Assembly (NCBI RefSeq): GCF_964188315.1
Contig: NC_135656.1
Span: 116,622,001 to 116,686,000 of the forward strand
From: Podarcis muralis
Taxonomy: Eukaryota
DNA length: 64,000 nucleotides
Direction of reading: 5' to 3'
The position numbers and the translations under genes were made by a program. Every line of letters starts with the position of its first letter. Positions within the stretch are counted from its first letter, which is position 1. The notes beneath the pieces are model-generated. The model did no database searches. It worked only from the letters and a program-made list of their open reading frames with translations, and was not told where the DNA came from. Below, piece after piece: positions 1 through 10,519 of this stretch.

Positions 1-77
1 TGCTTCAGGTTAAGAACAGTTTCAGGTTAAGAACAGACCTCCAGAACAAATTAAGTTCTTAACCCGAGGTACCACTG
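1..77. mobile_element. Tc1/mariner-pogo-type MITE family A, partial (right end)
   Basis: Ends ...aacccgaggtaccactg followed by TA, the same as the full copies elsewhere in the window. Confidence 0.85.
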
Positions 78-355
78 TACTAGGAAGCAGGAGCAGTGAG
101 GGGGTGGCCTGGGGCAAGCAGAGGCTGTGTGTGGCCCCCAGGCCTGAGATTCCCAAACCCTGAGCTAAATGCAGCCCAGCTTGCATGTCTGAAGCACCAC
201 AACTTCAGGAGCAGAGCAGATGCAAAATGTTCAGCCTCACGCATCTCTGGTCATGGCTGGGAAAGCCGCTGGCCAACCAGTGCCAGCAATACTGGTCTGT
301 ACAGAGCAATAGCAGCTCTCAGGCTTTGCCCTCTCCCTCTCGGCAGCCTCACCTC

Positions 356-1000
356 ACTCGGCAGGTACGTAGGCTGAGACCCTACCTGCCCATGGACTGC
401 CTCGCCAGAGTGGTGCCTGCTCTGGTTATCTCCCACTTGGACTACTGCAATGTGCTCTACATGGGGCTACCTTTGAAGGTGACCCGGAAACTACAACTAA
501 TCCACAATGGGGCAGCTAGACTGGTGACTGGGGGCGGCCGCCGAGACCATATAACACCGGTCTTGAATGACCTACATTGGCTCCCAGTACGTTTCCGAGC
601 ACAATTCAAAGTGTTGGTGCTGACCTTTAAAGCCCTAAACGGCCTCGGTCCTGTATGCCTGAAGGAGTGTCTCCACCCCCATCGTTCTACCCGGACACTG
701 AGGTCCAGTGCCGAGGGCCTTCTGGCGGTTCCCTCACTGCGAGAAGCCAAGTTACAGGGAACCAGGCAGAGGGCCTTCTCGGTAGTGGCGCCCTCCCTGT
801 GGAATGCCCTCCCACCAGATGTCAAAGAGAACAACTACCAGACTTTTAGAAGACATCTGAAGGCAGCCCTCTTTAGGGAAGCTTTTAATGTCTGATGTAT
901 TACAGTCTTTTAATATATTTTTTGGAAGCCGCCCAGAGTGGCCGGGGAAGCCCAGCCAGATGGGCGGGGTATAAATAATAAATTATTATTATTATTATTA
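356..1000 (+). mobile_element. L2 LINE, 5'-truncated 3' end with (TTA)n tail and 7-bp TSD
   Basis: Translation RQVRRLRPYL...SHLDYCNVLYMGLP...LHWLPVRFRAQFKVLVLTFKAL is the L2-clade ORF2 C-terminus. TCACCTC at 349-355 and 1001-1007. Confidence 0.9.
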
Positions 1001-1004
1001 TCAC

Positions 1005-1748
1005 CTCCTCTTCCTGGTCCTCGCCCTCTCGCTGCCTCAGCAGGAACTCCTCCGCCAGGGCCACCGCCTGCCCGCAGGTCTCCGGGCCGCTTCCCTTCAC
1101 CCAGCCCTGCATCTCCATGGGCAGGACGGCCAGGAACTGCTCCAGGATCACCAGCTCCAGGATCTGCTCCTTGCTGCTCCTCTCCGGCTTCAGCCACTGG
1201 TGGCAGAAATCCCGCAGCTGCCCGCAAACCTCCCGGGGCCCCTCGGCCTCCTCGTAGCAGAAGAGACGGAAGCGCTGGCGCTGCCACTCCCTGCAGCTGG
1301 CCTCCCCGCGCAAGATGGCCGCCTTCATCTTCCCGTAACTCTCTCGGGCGTTGGGGCCGCCCAAGCCCTCCTCGGCTGCTTCTCCCAGCCGGGTGGCCCA
1401 CTGGTTGGCCTCACCGGCCCCCTCAAAGTGGGCCAGGAAGGCCTTGATGTCCCCCCAGGGCATGGCGGGCTCTGTTGGCTGCGAGCAAGGGGCCTGCTTC
1501 CCCCCGGGGGACTCCAGCCACTCGGACCCCTGGCTCTGGAGCAGGCCCTCCTCTGCCTCCTCTTTAACCCGGGGGATCGTTATCCTCTTCATAACTCTCC
1601 TGACGCTCCTGGGATGAAGGATGCCGTGAGGTGCTTTCCCGCGTCTTCCAGATCCCTCAACTTGTTCAGGGCCCATGAGGTCCTCCTCATCCATTTGGTC
1701 TTCATCCAGAGCAGCCTGGCCTCCCAGAATCCTTTGCTGGTCGGCCAT
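1005..1748 (-). CDS. ZF1: SCAN-domain coding exon of a ZSCAN/ZKSCAN-like zinc-finger gene (downstream exons lie beyond the left edge)
   Basis: ATG at 1748. SCAN motif [61 protein letters not shown]...ALAEEFL. Phase-0 donor GAG|GTGA at 1005/1004. Acceptor ttttctaaacAG at 1894-1893 opens the exon at 1892. Confidence 0.9.
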
Positions 1749-2741
1749 TTTCTTTCCCGAGCAACGGGACAGCCTTATCGCAAGTCAAGCCTCACACCAC
1801 TCTTCCTCGCCTTCTTACAACTTCAGACTTTCAGATAAACGGCTCTACCGTACTTCTGCCCTTCAAACAAGCTGAACTCACAGATGATGGGCCTGTTTAG
1901 AAAAAGAGATATGGATTTTTTGGTTTGTTTTAATTTTTATTCATATATTAATATAACATATGCATAACAAAATATATATATATATAACAATTGACCTGTT
2001 AGTGTGACACTTTGGAACTCCCTCCCATTGACATAATGCAGGTCCCTTTACTGTACTCTTTCTGGCGCTTGCTGAAAACATTTTTCTTTAGGCAAACCTA
2101 CCCAGATATGTAGACTATTTACATGTGTTTTAATCTGTTTTTAGCTGATTTTTATTATTATTTGAATGTTTTAAGCAGCTGCTTTTAACTGCTTTTAGCT
2201 GTTTTTACTGATCACTTTTAGTTTTATTCTTTTTGTACATCGCTTTGAGCAGTTTTTTCAGTCAAGCAGTATATAAGTTGTATGAGATAACTTGTATGAG
2301 ATAAATTGTATGAAATATAAAAATAATTTCACAGAAATAAAACAGTGTTTATTTTTTTTAAAATAAATAAAACAGAGTGTGTGTGTGCATGCGTGTATAC
2401 ATATATGTATACTGTAGTTACAATATTTCAATGAGTAAATACTCAAGTTAACAATTAAAAGTTGTCTTCCCTTTTAAGATGTATTTTCTATTGTTGCTTA
2501 TCAGAACAGAGACCTCAAAATGTAATTCGCCAAATTGTAAAACTGGAAGGGTGACATCTTTGCCAGTGTTAAGACGCGGATTAAAGTGTGTTAAGATGGG
2601 TCTCTACACACTTGTTGCAAGTCCCAGTATACTGCCTCCGACAGTGGAGGGAGGACACAGCCATGGATCTAGTCTAGTCCAGCATCCTGTTCTTACACGT
2701 AAGTAAGACCTGAACACAAGAGCACTGCTCTCCCCAGCTGC

Positions 2742-4241
2742 TACTCTATTTATTATCTTCATCACCATGATCCTACACATTGTTGAAGGGAAACTCCCCA
2801 CCGGGGTAGAAATCATATATTGAACAGATGGAAAGCTCTTTAATCTGAGTAGGCTGAAAGCAAAGAGGAAGATTACCGTAACTTTCATCATAGAGCTTCA
2901 GTATGCTGGTGACAACGTAGTGTGCGCACACTCAGAGGATGACCTCTAAACCAGTATCTTCGCAGAAGCTTACAGAAAGCCTGGCCTATCGCTCAAAATC
3001 CAAAAAAACCAAAGTGCTGCACCAACAAGCAGAAAACAACCCCTCTGCAATGCCACAAATCCAACTTAATGGTGTAACGTTGGAAAGTGTCAATCACTTT
3101 TCCTACCTGGGCAGTTATCTTTCCACTGGGGCTGACATCGATGCCAAAATCTGGCATTGCCTGAGCTCTGCGAGCGCAGCTTTCTCCCAATTGAAACATA
3201 GAGTGTTTAAAGACCAGGACATTCACAGGGAAACCGAAATGCTAAGCTATTGTACTACCAACCTTACTGTACGCTTGTGAAACATGGACCACTTATAAAC
3301 GCCATCTCCAACGCCTTGAAAGATTCTATCTCTGAAAAATTTTACACATCACTTGGAATGACAGGCGAACTAATGCCAGTGTACTGGAAGAAGCAAAGAT
3401 CACCAGTGTCAAAGCAACGATACTTCAACATCAGCTTCGTAGGACTATTCATGTTGTGCGGATGCCTGATTATTGTCTTCCAACTACTCTATTCCCAGCT
3501 TAAGAATGGAAAGCATAATGCTGGTGGCAAAAACGAAAGAGGTTTAAAGACACTCTCAGGGAGAATCTTTTAAAATGTAGTATAAAGGTAAAGGTAAAGG
3601 GACCCCTGACCATTAGGTCCAGTCGTGACCAACTCTGGGGTTGCGGCGCTCAACTCGCTTTACTGGCCGAGGGAGCCGGCGTACAGCTTCCGGGTCATGT
3701 GGCCAGCATGACTAAGCCGCTTCTGGCGAACCAGAGCAGTGCACGGAAACGCCGTTTACCTTCCCGCCAGAGTGGTACCTATTTATCTATTTGCACTTTG
3801 ATGTGCTTTCGAACTGCTAGGTTGGCAGGAGAAGGGACCGAGCAATGGGAGCTCACCCCATCATGGGGATTCGAACCACTCAGCAAGTCCTAGGCACTGT
3901 GGTTTAACCCACAGCACCACCCGCATCCTTAAAATGTAGTATAAACACCAACAACTGGGAAACACTGGCCTGCGAGCGCTCCAATTGGAGAACAGCTTTT
4001 ACCAAAGGTGTCATGGGCTTTGAAGATGCTCAAACTCAGGACGCAAGGGAGAAACGTGCTAAGAGGAAGGCACGCTTGGCAAACCCTCACCATGATCAAC
4101 TCCTGCCGAGAAACCAATGTCCCCACTGTGGAAGGACGTGTGGATCCAGAACTGGCCTCCACAGTCACTTACAGTCTCACTGTTAAGACTGTGTTCATGG
4201 AAGACAATCTTACTTAGCTACGAGTGATCGCCAAAGAAGAA
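2742..4241 (+). mobile_element. RTE-clade LINE (non-Bov-B), decayed 3' portion, interrupted by a Sauria SINE
   Basis: RT remnants TLFIIFITMILH...LFNLSRLKAK...ELQYAGD (YADD) and KTKVLHQ...LESVNHFSYLGS. Ends in a gaagaaga tail. Confidence 0.8.
3587..3928 (-). mobile_element. Sauria SINE with 17-bp TSD
   Basis: (ACCTTT)n tail and typical body. TTAAAATGTAGTATAAA at 3570-3586 and 3929-3945. Confidence 0.9.
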
Positions 4242-4467
4242 GACTCCCAAGCACGTAGTGGAAGCAGGAAGCAGATGAAATAACCAAGCAGAAGCTGATT
4301 GTGGCAGGTGAAATTTGCACAGTATAGGTGTTTGTTTGCTTTTTAAATGACTGGAGGGTGGGTGGGTGCGGGTGCCTGGTCCCTGCAGCCCATTACCTCC
4401 CTCTCCTGATGTCTCTCCCCCCCCCCCCCGTCCTTTCTGGTCTTGCACCCACCCCTTTAAAACTCAC

Positions 4468-4650
4468 CGCCCTTCCAGAGATGCAGCAGAAATATATCCA
4501 GAGCAAAACTGTTTTGCAGATCAGTCAAACAACGCAGTGCAAACCGAGGCTGGGGATTCAAAAAACAGGTTCCCTCCTGGAGAAGGTGGAGCAGGAAGGA
4601 GACTGGAGGGTTTCCCATTCTCCACCCCCCAGCCACACACACACACACAG
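4468..4650 (-). other. Putative non-coding first exon of ZF1
   Basis: Consensus donor GCG|GTGAGT on the minus strand at 4467-4462. The 5' boundary is a guess. Confidence 0.4.
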
Positions 4651-5166
4651 AGACACACTTTTAAGAAAGGAAAACCCACAGATTTCCGGCCCTTCTCTAG
4701 CAACTACAGCCTCTGTTGACTTAACTCTTTGCAGCATCCCAAGAGCTCAGTTTAAAAGGATCAAGGAGCTTGGCAGGGCCGGGAGAAGGAGGAGCTCTCT
4801 CTGCCAGCCAGAGTTTTATTTATTTGTTGCATTTATATCCCTGAATTTGTTGCATTTAGACTCTTTCCAGCCACACGCCCTGTCATAGACTGGCCTGCTG
4901 CTTTACAGTGCTGGGCTTTAATTGTTGCTGTCACGGGCATAGCCAGGGGGGGCAATAAAAATCAATAGCAAGCTCAGGTTCTGCCCCCCCCAACAAAAGG
5001 CAATGCAGGAATTAAATAAACACTAGTTCTTTTAAATCGCCAATGAACAAGCTTAGCAATGCAATTTTAGGACCACCCAGTACCATCCGGCCTGTTCTTA
5101 GTTCATCATGAACTTCCGAATAAGACCGAACCTTCTCGCAGAGGCAGTGTGGGGTAGTGGTTAGAG

Positions 5167-5374
5167 CAGGGTTCAGCAAACTTTTTAAGCAGGGGGCCGG
5201 TCCACTGTCCCTCAGACCTTGTGGGGGGCCGGACTATATTTTGAAGGGGGGGGGGGGAAATGAACAAATTTCTATGCCCCACAAAAACACGCTGATTCCT
5301 GGACCATCCGGGGGCCAAACTAAGAAGGCGATTGGGCCGCATCCGGCCCCCGGGCCTTAGTTTGCCTACCCATG
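5167..5374. mobile_element. hAT-type MITE, degraded
   Basis: Imperfect TIRs cagggttcagcaaact / agtttgcctacccatg. No TSD visible. Confidence 0.55.
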
Positions 5375-5797
5375 CTGTATGCCCCTTTGAGCTCCTTAGA
5401 GAAGAAGGTGGGGGGAATGCAATTTGTCATTGTTATGCTTTTACATGTGTTGGAAACCGCCCAGAGTTACTGGGCCAACCCAGCCAAATGGGTGGGGTAT
5501 AAGCAAAATTATAAATAAAATTATAATATAAAATTATAAATATCTAGCAGTGCGCATCAAACCCAGCCCTTCCTGAGTTATGGGGGTTTCCACCATCCTC
5601 TCCCCTAAGGGATCTTGCGTCTTTCAAGTGGCAGGCAGAAATTCAGAGGGCAAAGCTCTCCCCGGGCATGGAAATGCAATGCTGTGCCTGGCTGCACCTG
5701 TTAGATGTCTGCCTGCCACGCTGCTGCATAAAGGCCAGGGCTTTGTTTGTTGTTTAAGGAGTACCACCTGGCCTTGTGAGAGTGATGGTGGCTTGTC

Positions 5798-5800
<3 letters not shown>

Positions 5801-5831
<31 letters not shown>
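5801..5831. repeat. (GA)n microsatellite
   Basis: Direct reading. Confidence 0.9.
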
Positions 5832-5834
<3 letters not shown>

Positions 5835-5869
5835 TCTGCAATAAGGGTTAAAAAAATAAAGTGTCACCC

Positions 5870-6054
5870 AGGCAGTTCTCTGCTTCCTAGAGAGGCCAGG
5901 AAAGGCAGGAGGCTGCAAGGGAAGATCATCTTTCCTCTTCCCTTCAATGCCCTGGCGAGGAATCCTTTCCTGTGTTTTGCCACAGAGGAAAACCAGAGCC
6001 TTGGCAGGACATTGCCCAGAGGGTTTGCAGGGCAGCAGCTGCTGCAAGGAGCTG
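5870..6054 (+). other. Putative non-coding first exon of ZF2
   Basis: Donor CTG|GTGAGT at 6055-6060. Sequence resembles the putative first exons of ZF4 and ZF5. The start is approximate. Confidence 0.45.
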
Positions 6055-7319
6055 GTGAGTTGGAGGAAGGAGAATGGGGGGATCTTTGTGGGGAGGGGGG
6101 AGGAGGTTTCACTGGGGTTGGAGAGGAAAAGAAACAGCTGGAGGGAAAGGGATTACTTTTGCTCTGTGCAAGGAGAGAGGGGCATTCTCCCCAAATGTGC
6201 CCGGAAAGAGAAAATTGTATTTACTGGTGCATTGGTGCTGCGCTGTTCCGTTTGAGCTGCTTTCGTTGGCATAATAGGGTGTGTGCAGTTCTGTCATAAG
6301 GCAGAAAGGCAAATGGTCAAATATTTTGGCAGGCGGACAAAACCAATCTGATCAATAAAAAAAAAATGTTTCTATGCCACTAAAAAATATCAAAGTGGTT
6401 TACAACAAATGAGTACACACAAACACACACTAAAGAAACATGTAAAAATGAAAACCCAAGATCATCCGCTAACTATTTTTAGTAGCCTGCATAACTCTGG
6501 CAGCGTGGGAAAGTTCGCAGCAGACTTTTAAAGATTAAAGAGAAGGCATCCATTGGGTCTCTACTGAGCCTTCCATAAGATTGGGCCAATCACTAATTTT
6601 TATTATTAGCTACATTTGCATACCATAGATCTCAGGGAGGTTCACAGCATTGAAATACAAGATAAAAACACAAATGCATAATAAAAACAAGAACAAAGCA
6701 AACTAATAACCCCCTGCCCTCCTAATTTACACTTCCTGGAAATAATATGTGACCAAAAACACCGGGATCCTTCAAAATGTGCACTTATCCGAAATTTGCA
6801 GTGCCATTCCCCAGTCGAAAGGATGTGTATGAAACTGAATATATTTGTGAGACATAGAATATAGCAAAAATGTGTCCCTTTTGTGAAAGTCGCTTGCCAA
6901 AAATGTACATATTAGGCAAAAATACATAGAAAGAGGTTTATTTTAGGTAAAATGGGCACTAACAAAGTTTCATAAGGAACGTTTTTTTAAAAAAGGAAAT
7001 TGCCAAAGGAATCCCTTTCCGGCACGACAATGGACGCCAAAATATTGTCATGCTTTCTCATCAGGCAAAAAACAAAGAGGTGCGAACCTTGGAAATGTGA
7101 AGAGGGTGCAGCGCATGCTGCCTCGCATCTTGAAACATGAGTGGCAGTGGCCTGAACCCGTGAAAAAGGTGGCAAAATTGCAGTGAGAAACACCACCAGG
7201 TTGAGGGGGATGCAAACAGATTTCTTTGGGAATCAAACAACACGGAAACGAGTGCTAAACTTGTGCCATATGCCATTGCATTGCAGCTCAAATATTATGC
7301 ACAAAATAACAGGGAAATG

Positions 7320-7673
7320 TGGCATGCGGGTGGCGCTCTGTTAAACCACAGAGCCTAGGACTTGCCGATCAGAAGGTTGGCGGTTCGAATCCCCGTGACG
7401 GGGTGAGCTCCCGTTGCTCGATCCCTGCTCCTGTCAACCTAGCAGTTCGAAAGCACATCAGAGTGCAAGTAGATAAATAGGTAACGCTCTGGCGGGAAGG
7501 TAAACGGCATTTCCGTGTGCTGCTCTAGTTCGTTAGAAGCGGCTTAGTCATGCTGGCCACATGACCCGGAAGCTGTACGCCGGCTCCCTCGGCCAATAAA
7601 GCGAAATGAGTGCCGCAACCCCAGAGTCGGCCACGACTGGACCTAATGGTCAGGGGTCTCTTTACCTTTACCT
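7320..7673 (+). mobile_element. Sauria SINE with 13-bp TSD
   Basis: tRNA-like head and acctttacctt tail. TAACAGGGAAATG at 7307-7319 and 7674-7686. Confidence 0.9.
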
Positions 7674-7940
7674 TAACAGGGAAATGGAATAAACTGCAGC
7701 GTTCAGCCGAAAGCAGTCTGCTCCAAAAGTAACAGCAGTTTAACAGCTTTTTCTCCTTCTCTCGGTTATCTTCTTTCAGGGAGAAGGCCCAGTCGCCAGT
7801 CGAAAAGGCCCCCAACTTTTCTTTAGGTACCAGTTTGGCAAAAAGAGACTCCGATTCTCATGTTTGAGAACATGTTTCCCTCGGATGTGTGCTAAGCCCT
7901 GCGAGTTTGAGAGCCACGGCTGAGGGAAGGCCAAGACGAA

Positions 7941-8723
7941 ATGGCCGCTGAGGAAGGAAGCTCCTCACCATCCCTGAGCCTGCAGTTCCGGGTTGCGCTC
8001 GGACAGCACGGCGGGATAAAAACAGAGGCCCAGGACCCTGCTGACGCCGACGCTCACGATATCCAGATGGTGTGCGTTGGCGAGCCTCATGGGTGGACTG
8101 CCTCGACCCATGTCAAGCCGGAACTGGAGGAGGTGCATTGGGAAACTCGAGAAAACGAGGTGTTCTTGAAGGCGAGGCCATCCCCTCGCTCAGGGTGGGG
8201 AAGCCTGCCGCTGTGTCAGGAGGCCCTGCCTTGGGACGGGGTCAAAGTGTTCCCCGCCTCCTTCGAGGGAGCGCTCACGACGTGCAAATGGCTGGCCAGA
8301 GAGTGGGGGTCTCTACAGAGGACACCCGCCTCCGAAATGGAAGGGCAGCAAGCGACTAGCACGCCAAACGGTGCCAGAGCGAGGCGGGGCAGCAGGAAAG
8401 GGAAGGCCGCTGTTCTTCTGAGCGGTGCGGTCGGGGCAGAGGCCCAGCGCCAGCAGTTCAGGCGTTTCTGCTACCAAGAGGCCGAGGGTCTGCACAACGC
8501 CTACGGCCAACTCCGGAGCCTGTGCCATCGGTGGCTGAAGCCGGAGAAGCACTCGAAGGAGCAGATCCTGGAGCTGGTGATCTTGGAACAGTTCCTGGCT
8601 GTCCTGCCCCCGGAGATGCAGAGCTGGGTCAGGGAACGGGAGCCTGAGACCTGCGCCCACGTGATCGCCCTGGCTGAGGATTTCCTGCTAAGGCAACAAG
8701 AGGCAGAACAATTGGGGCAGGAG
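7941..8723 (+). CDS. ZF2 coding exon 1: N-terminal region plus SCAN domain
   Basis: Acceptor ttctttcAG at 7778-7779, ATG at 7941. [21 protein letters not shown]...[22 protein letters not shown]...ALAEDFL. Phase-0 donor GAG|GTGACT at 8724. Confidence 0.9.
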
Positions 8724-8937
8724 GTGACTGGGGCGGTGGCCGGCCTGAAGTTTGGGAGGTTCACATGGGAATTTGCTAGATTAGGTGGGGGGCGAGTGCC
8801 TGGATCTGTTGATAAACCAGAGTTTAACTTGAGTGGGTGGGGCAAAGGGGGGGGAGGGAGTGAACTGGAAGTGTGGTATAGTGTGTAGAGCAGTGTGGTG
8901 TAGTGGTTGGACTCTGGCCACATCCACAGTACACACT

Positions 8938-9067
8938 GTAGAATCCTAGAATGGTAGAGTTTGAAGGGACCACGTGGGTCATCTGTTTCCACCCCCTGCA
9001 ATGCAGGAATCTTTTGCCCAACCTGGGGCTCGAACCCATGACCCGGAGGTTAAAAGTCTCATGCTGT
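8938..9067 (-). mobile_element. tRNA-Lys-derived SINE with CR1-like 3' tail
   Basis: Reverse complement agcatgagacttttaacctccgggtcatgggttcgagcccc... (tRNA-Lys-like), then a CR1-type end ccttcaaactctaccattctaggattcta. Confidence 0.7.
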
Positions 9068-9310
9068 ACATTCAAAGCATATTCACCACACTTTTCACAG
9101 TCATGGCTTCCCCCCAAAGATTCCTGGGAGCTGTAGTTTTGCCCCTCACAGAGGTCTAATGCCATCCAAGCTCTGCTTAAAAACCTCCAATAATAAAGTC
9201 CTTCCTGATGTTTAGTCGGAATCTCCTTTCTTTTAACTTGAATTCATTGGTTCATTGTGGTGCCCAGAAACGGACATAGTGTTCCAGGTGTGCTCTGACA
9301 AAGGCAGAAT

Positions 9311-9697
9311 GTTGTTGTTGTTTAGTGGTTTAGTCGTGTCCGACTATTTGTGACCCCATGGACCAGAGCACGCCAGGCACTCCTGTCTTCCACTGCCTCC
9401 CGCAGAGGTGGCCAAAATATTGGAGCCTCGGCTTCAGGATCTGTCCTTCCAGTGAGCACTCAGGGCCGATTTCCTTCAGAATGGAGAGGTTTGATCTTCT
9501 TGCAGTCCATGGGACTCTCAAGAGTCTCCTCCAGCACCATAAGTCAAAAGCATCCATTCTTCGGCGCTCAGCCTTCTTTATGGTCCAGCTCTCACTTCCA
9601 TACATCACTACTGGGAAAACCATAGCTTTGACTATACGGGCCTTTGTCGGCAAGGTGATGTCTCTGCTTTTTAAGATGCTGTCTAGGTTTGTCACTG
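9311..9697 (-). mobile_element. Bov-B (RTE) LINE 3' fragment, 11-bp TSD, inserted in a CR1 remnant
   Basis: SRDITLPTKARIVKAMVFPVVMYGSESWTIKKAERRRMDAFDLWCWRRLLRVPW is the Bov-B ORF C-terminus. AAAGGCAGAAT at 9300-9310 and 9698-9708. Confidence 0.9.
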
Positions 9698-9946
9698 AAA
9701 GGCAGAATAGAGCCATCCTATTACTTCCCTTGATCTGGACACTAGACTTCTGTTGGTGCAGCCTAGAATAGCATGAGCTTTTTTTGCTGCTCCGTCACAA
9801 ACATTCCATTGCAATTTAACTTTATGAAATGACACATTTCTTAACAAAAATCAGGTGAAATTTCTCCCACACTGGTCTCCATGCCGCCTCTAGTGGATCC
9901 TTTCCCTGTCCCAGCTCTGACAGAAACCTTTCCGCTCTTCTTACAG

Positions 9947-10073
9947 GAGCTGGGACCCTTTGTGGAGGTGATGGTGAATTCTCCCGAGGGAGAGCAAGTT
10001 CCATCGGATGCTTGGCAGAGTCCACTCTTCAAGGAGATCAAGCAGAAGGGCGACAGAGATGCAGAAACAATCG
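9947..10073 (+). CDS. ZF2 coding exon 2: 127-bp degenerate KRAB-A-derived exon
   Basis: ttacAG|GAG...TCG|GTATGG, phase 0 to 1. ELGPFVEVMVNSPEGEQVPSDAWQSPLFKEIKQKGDRDAETIG aligns without gaps to KRAB-A. Confidence 0.8.
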
Positions 10074-10130
10074 GTATGGAGTCACTTAGCTAGCAGGAGT
10101 GGCAGGAGGGAGGGGGAGGAGCTAATAATA

Positions 10131-10439
10131 TACCTGAAGGAGCGTCTCCACCCCCATCGTTCAGCCCAGACACTGAGGTCCAGCACCGAGGGCCTTCTGG
10201 CGGTTCCCTCACTGTGAGAAGTGAGGTTACAGGGAACCAGGCAGAGGGCCTGCTTGATAGTGGCTCCTGCCCTGTGGAACACCCTCCCACCAGATGTCAA
10301 GGAAATAAACAACTATCTGATTTTAGAAGACATCTGAAGGCAGCCCTGTTTAGGGAAATTTTTAATATTTGATGTTTTATCGTCTTTTTTATATTCTGTT
10401 GGGAGCTGAGGGAAACCCAACCAGATGGGAAGGGTATAA

Positions 10440-10490
<51 letters not shown>
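10131..10490 (+). mobile_element. L2 LINE 3' end with (TTA)n tail
   Basis: Highly similar to 356-1000. Confidence 0.85.
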
Positions 10491-10492
<2 letters not shown>

Positions 10493-10519
10493 ACTTGTAA
10501 GCGAAAAGTAGGCCACACC

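Noticed and set aside
185-895. ORFs of 200-250 aa with reverse-transcriptase-related similarity (185-895, 15706-16353, 17802-18527, 28882-29652, 43754-44386)
   Set aside because: These are 5'-truncated LINE remnants (L2, Rex1, Bov-B), not host genes. None has a complete EN-RT ORF.
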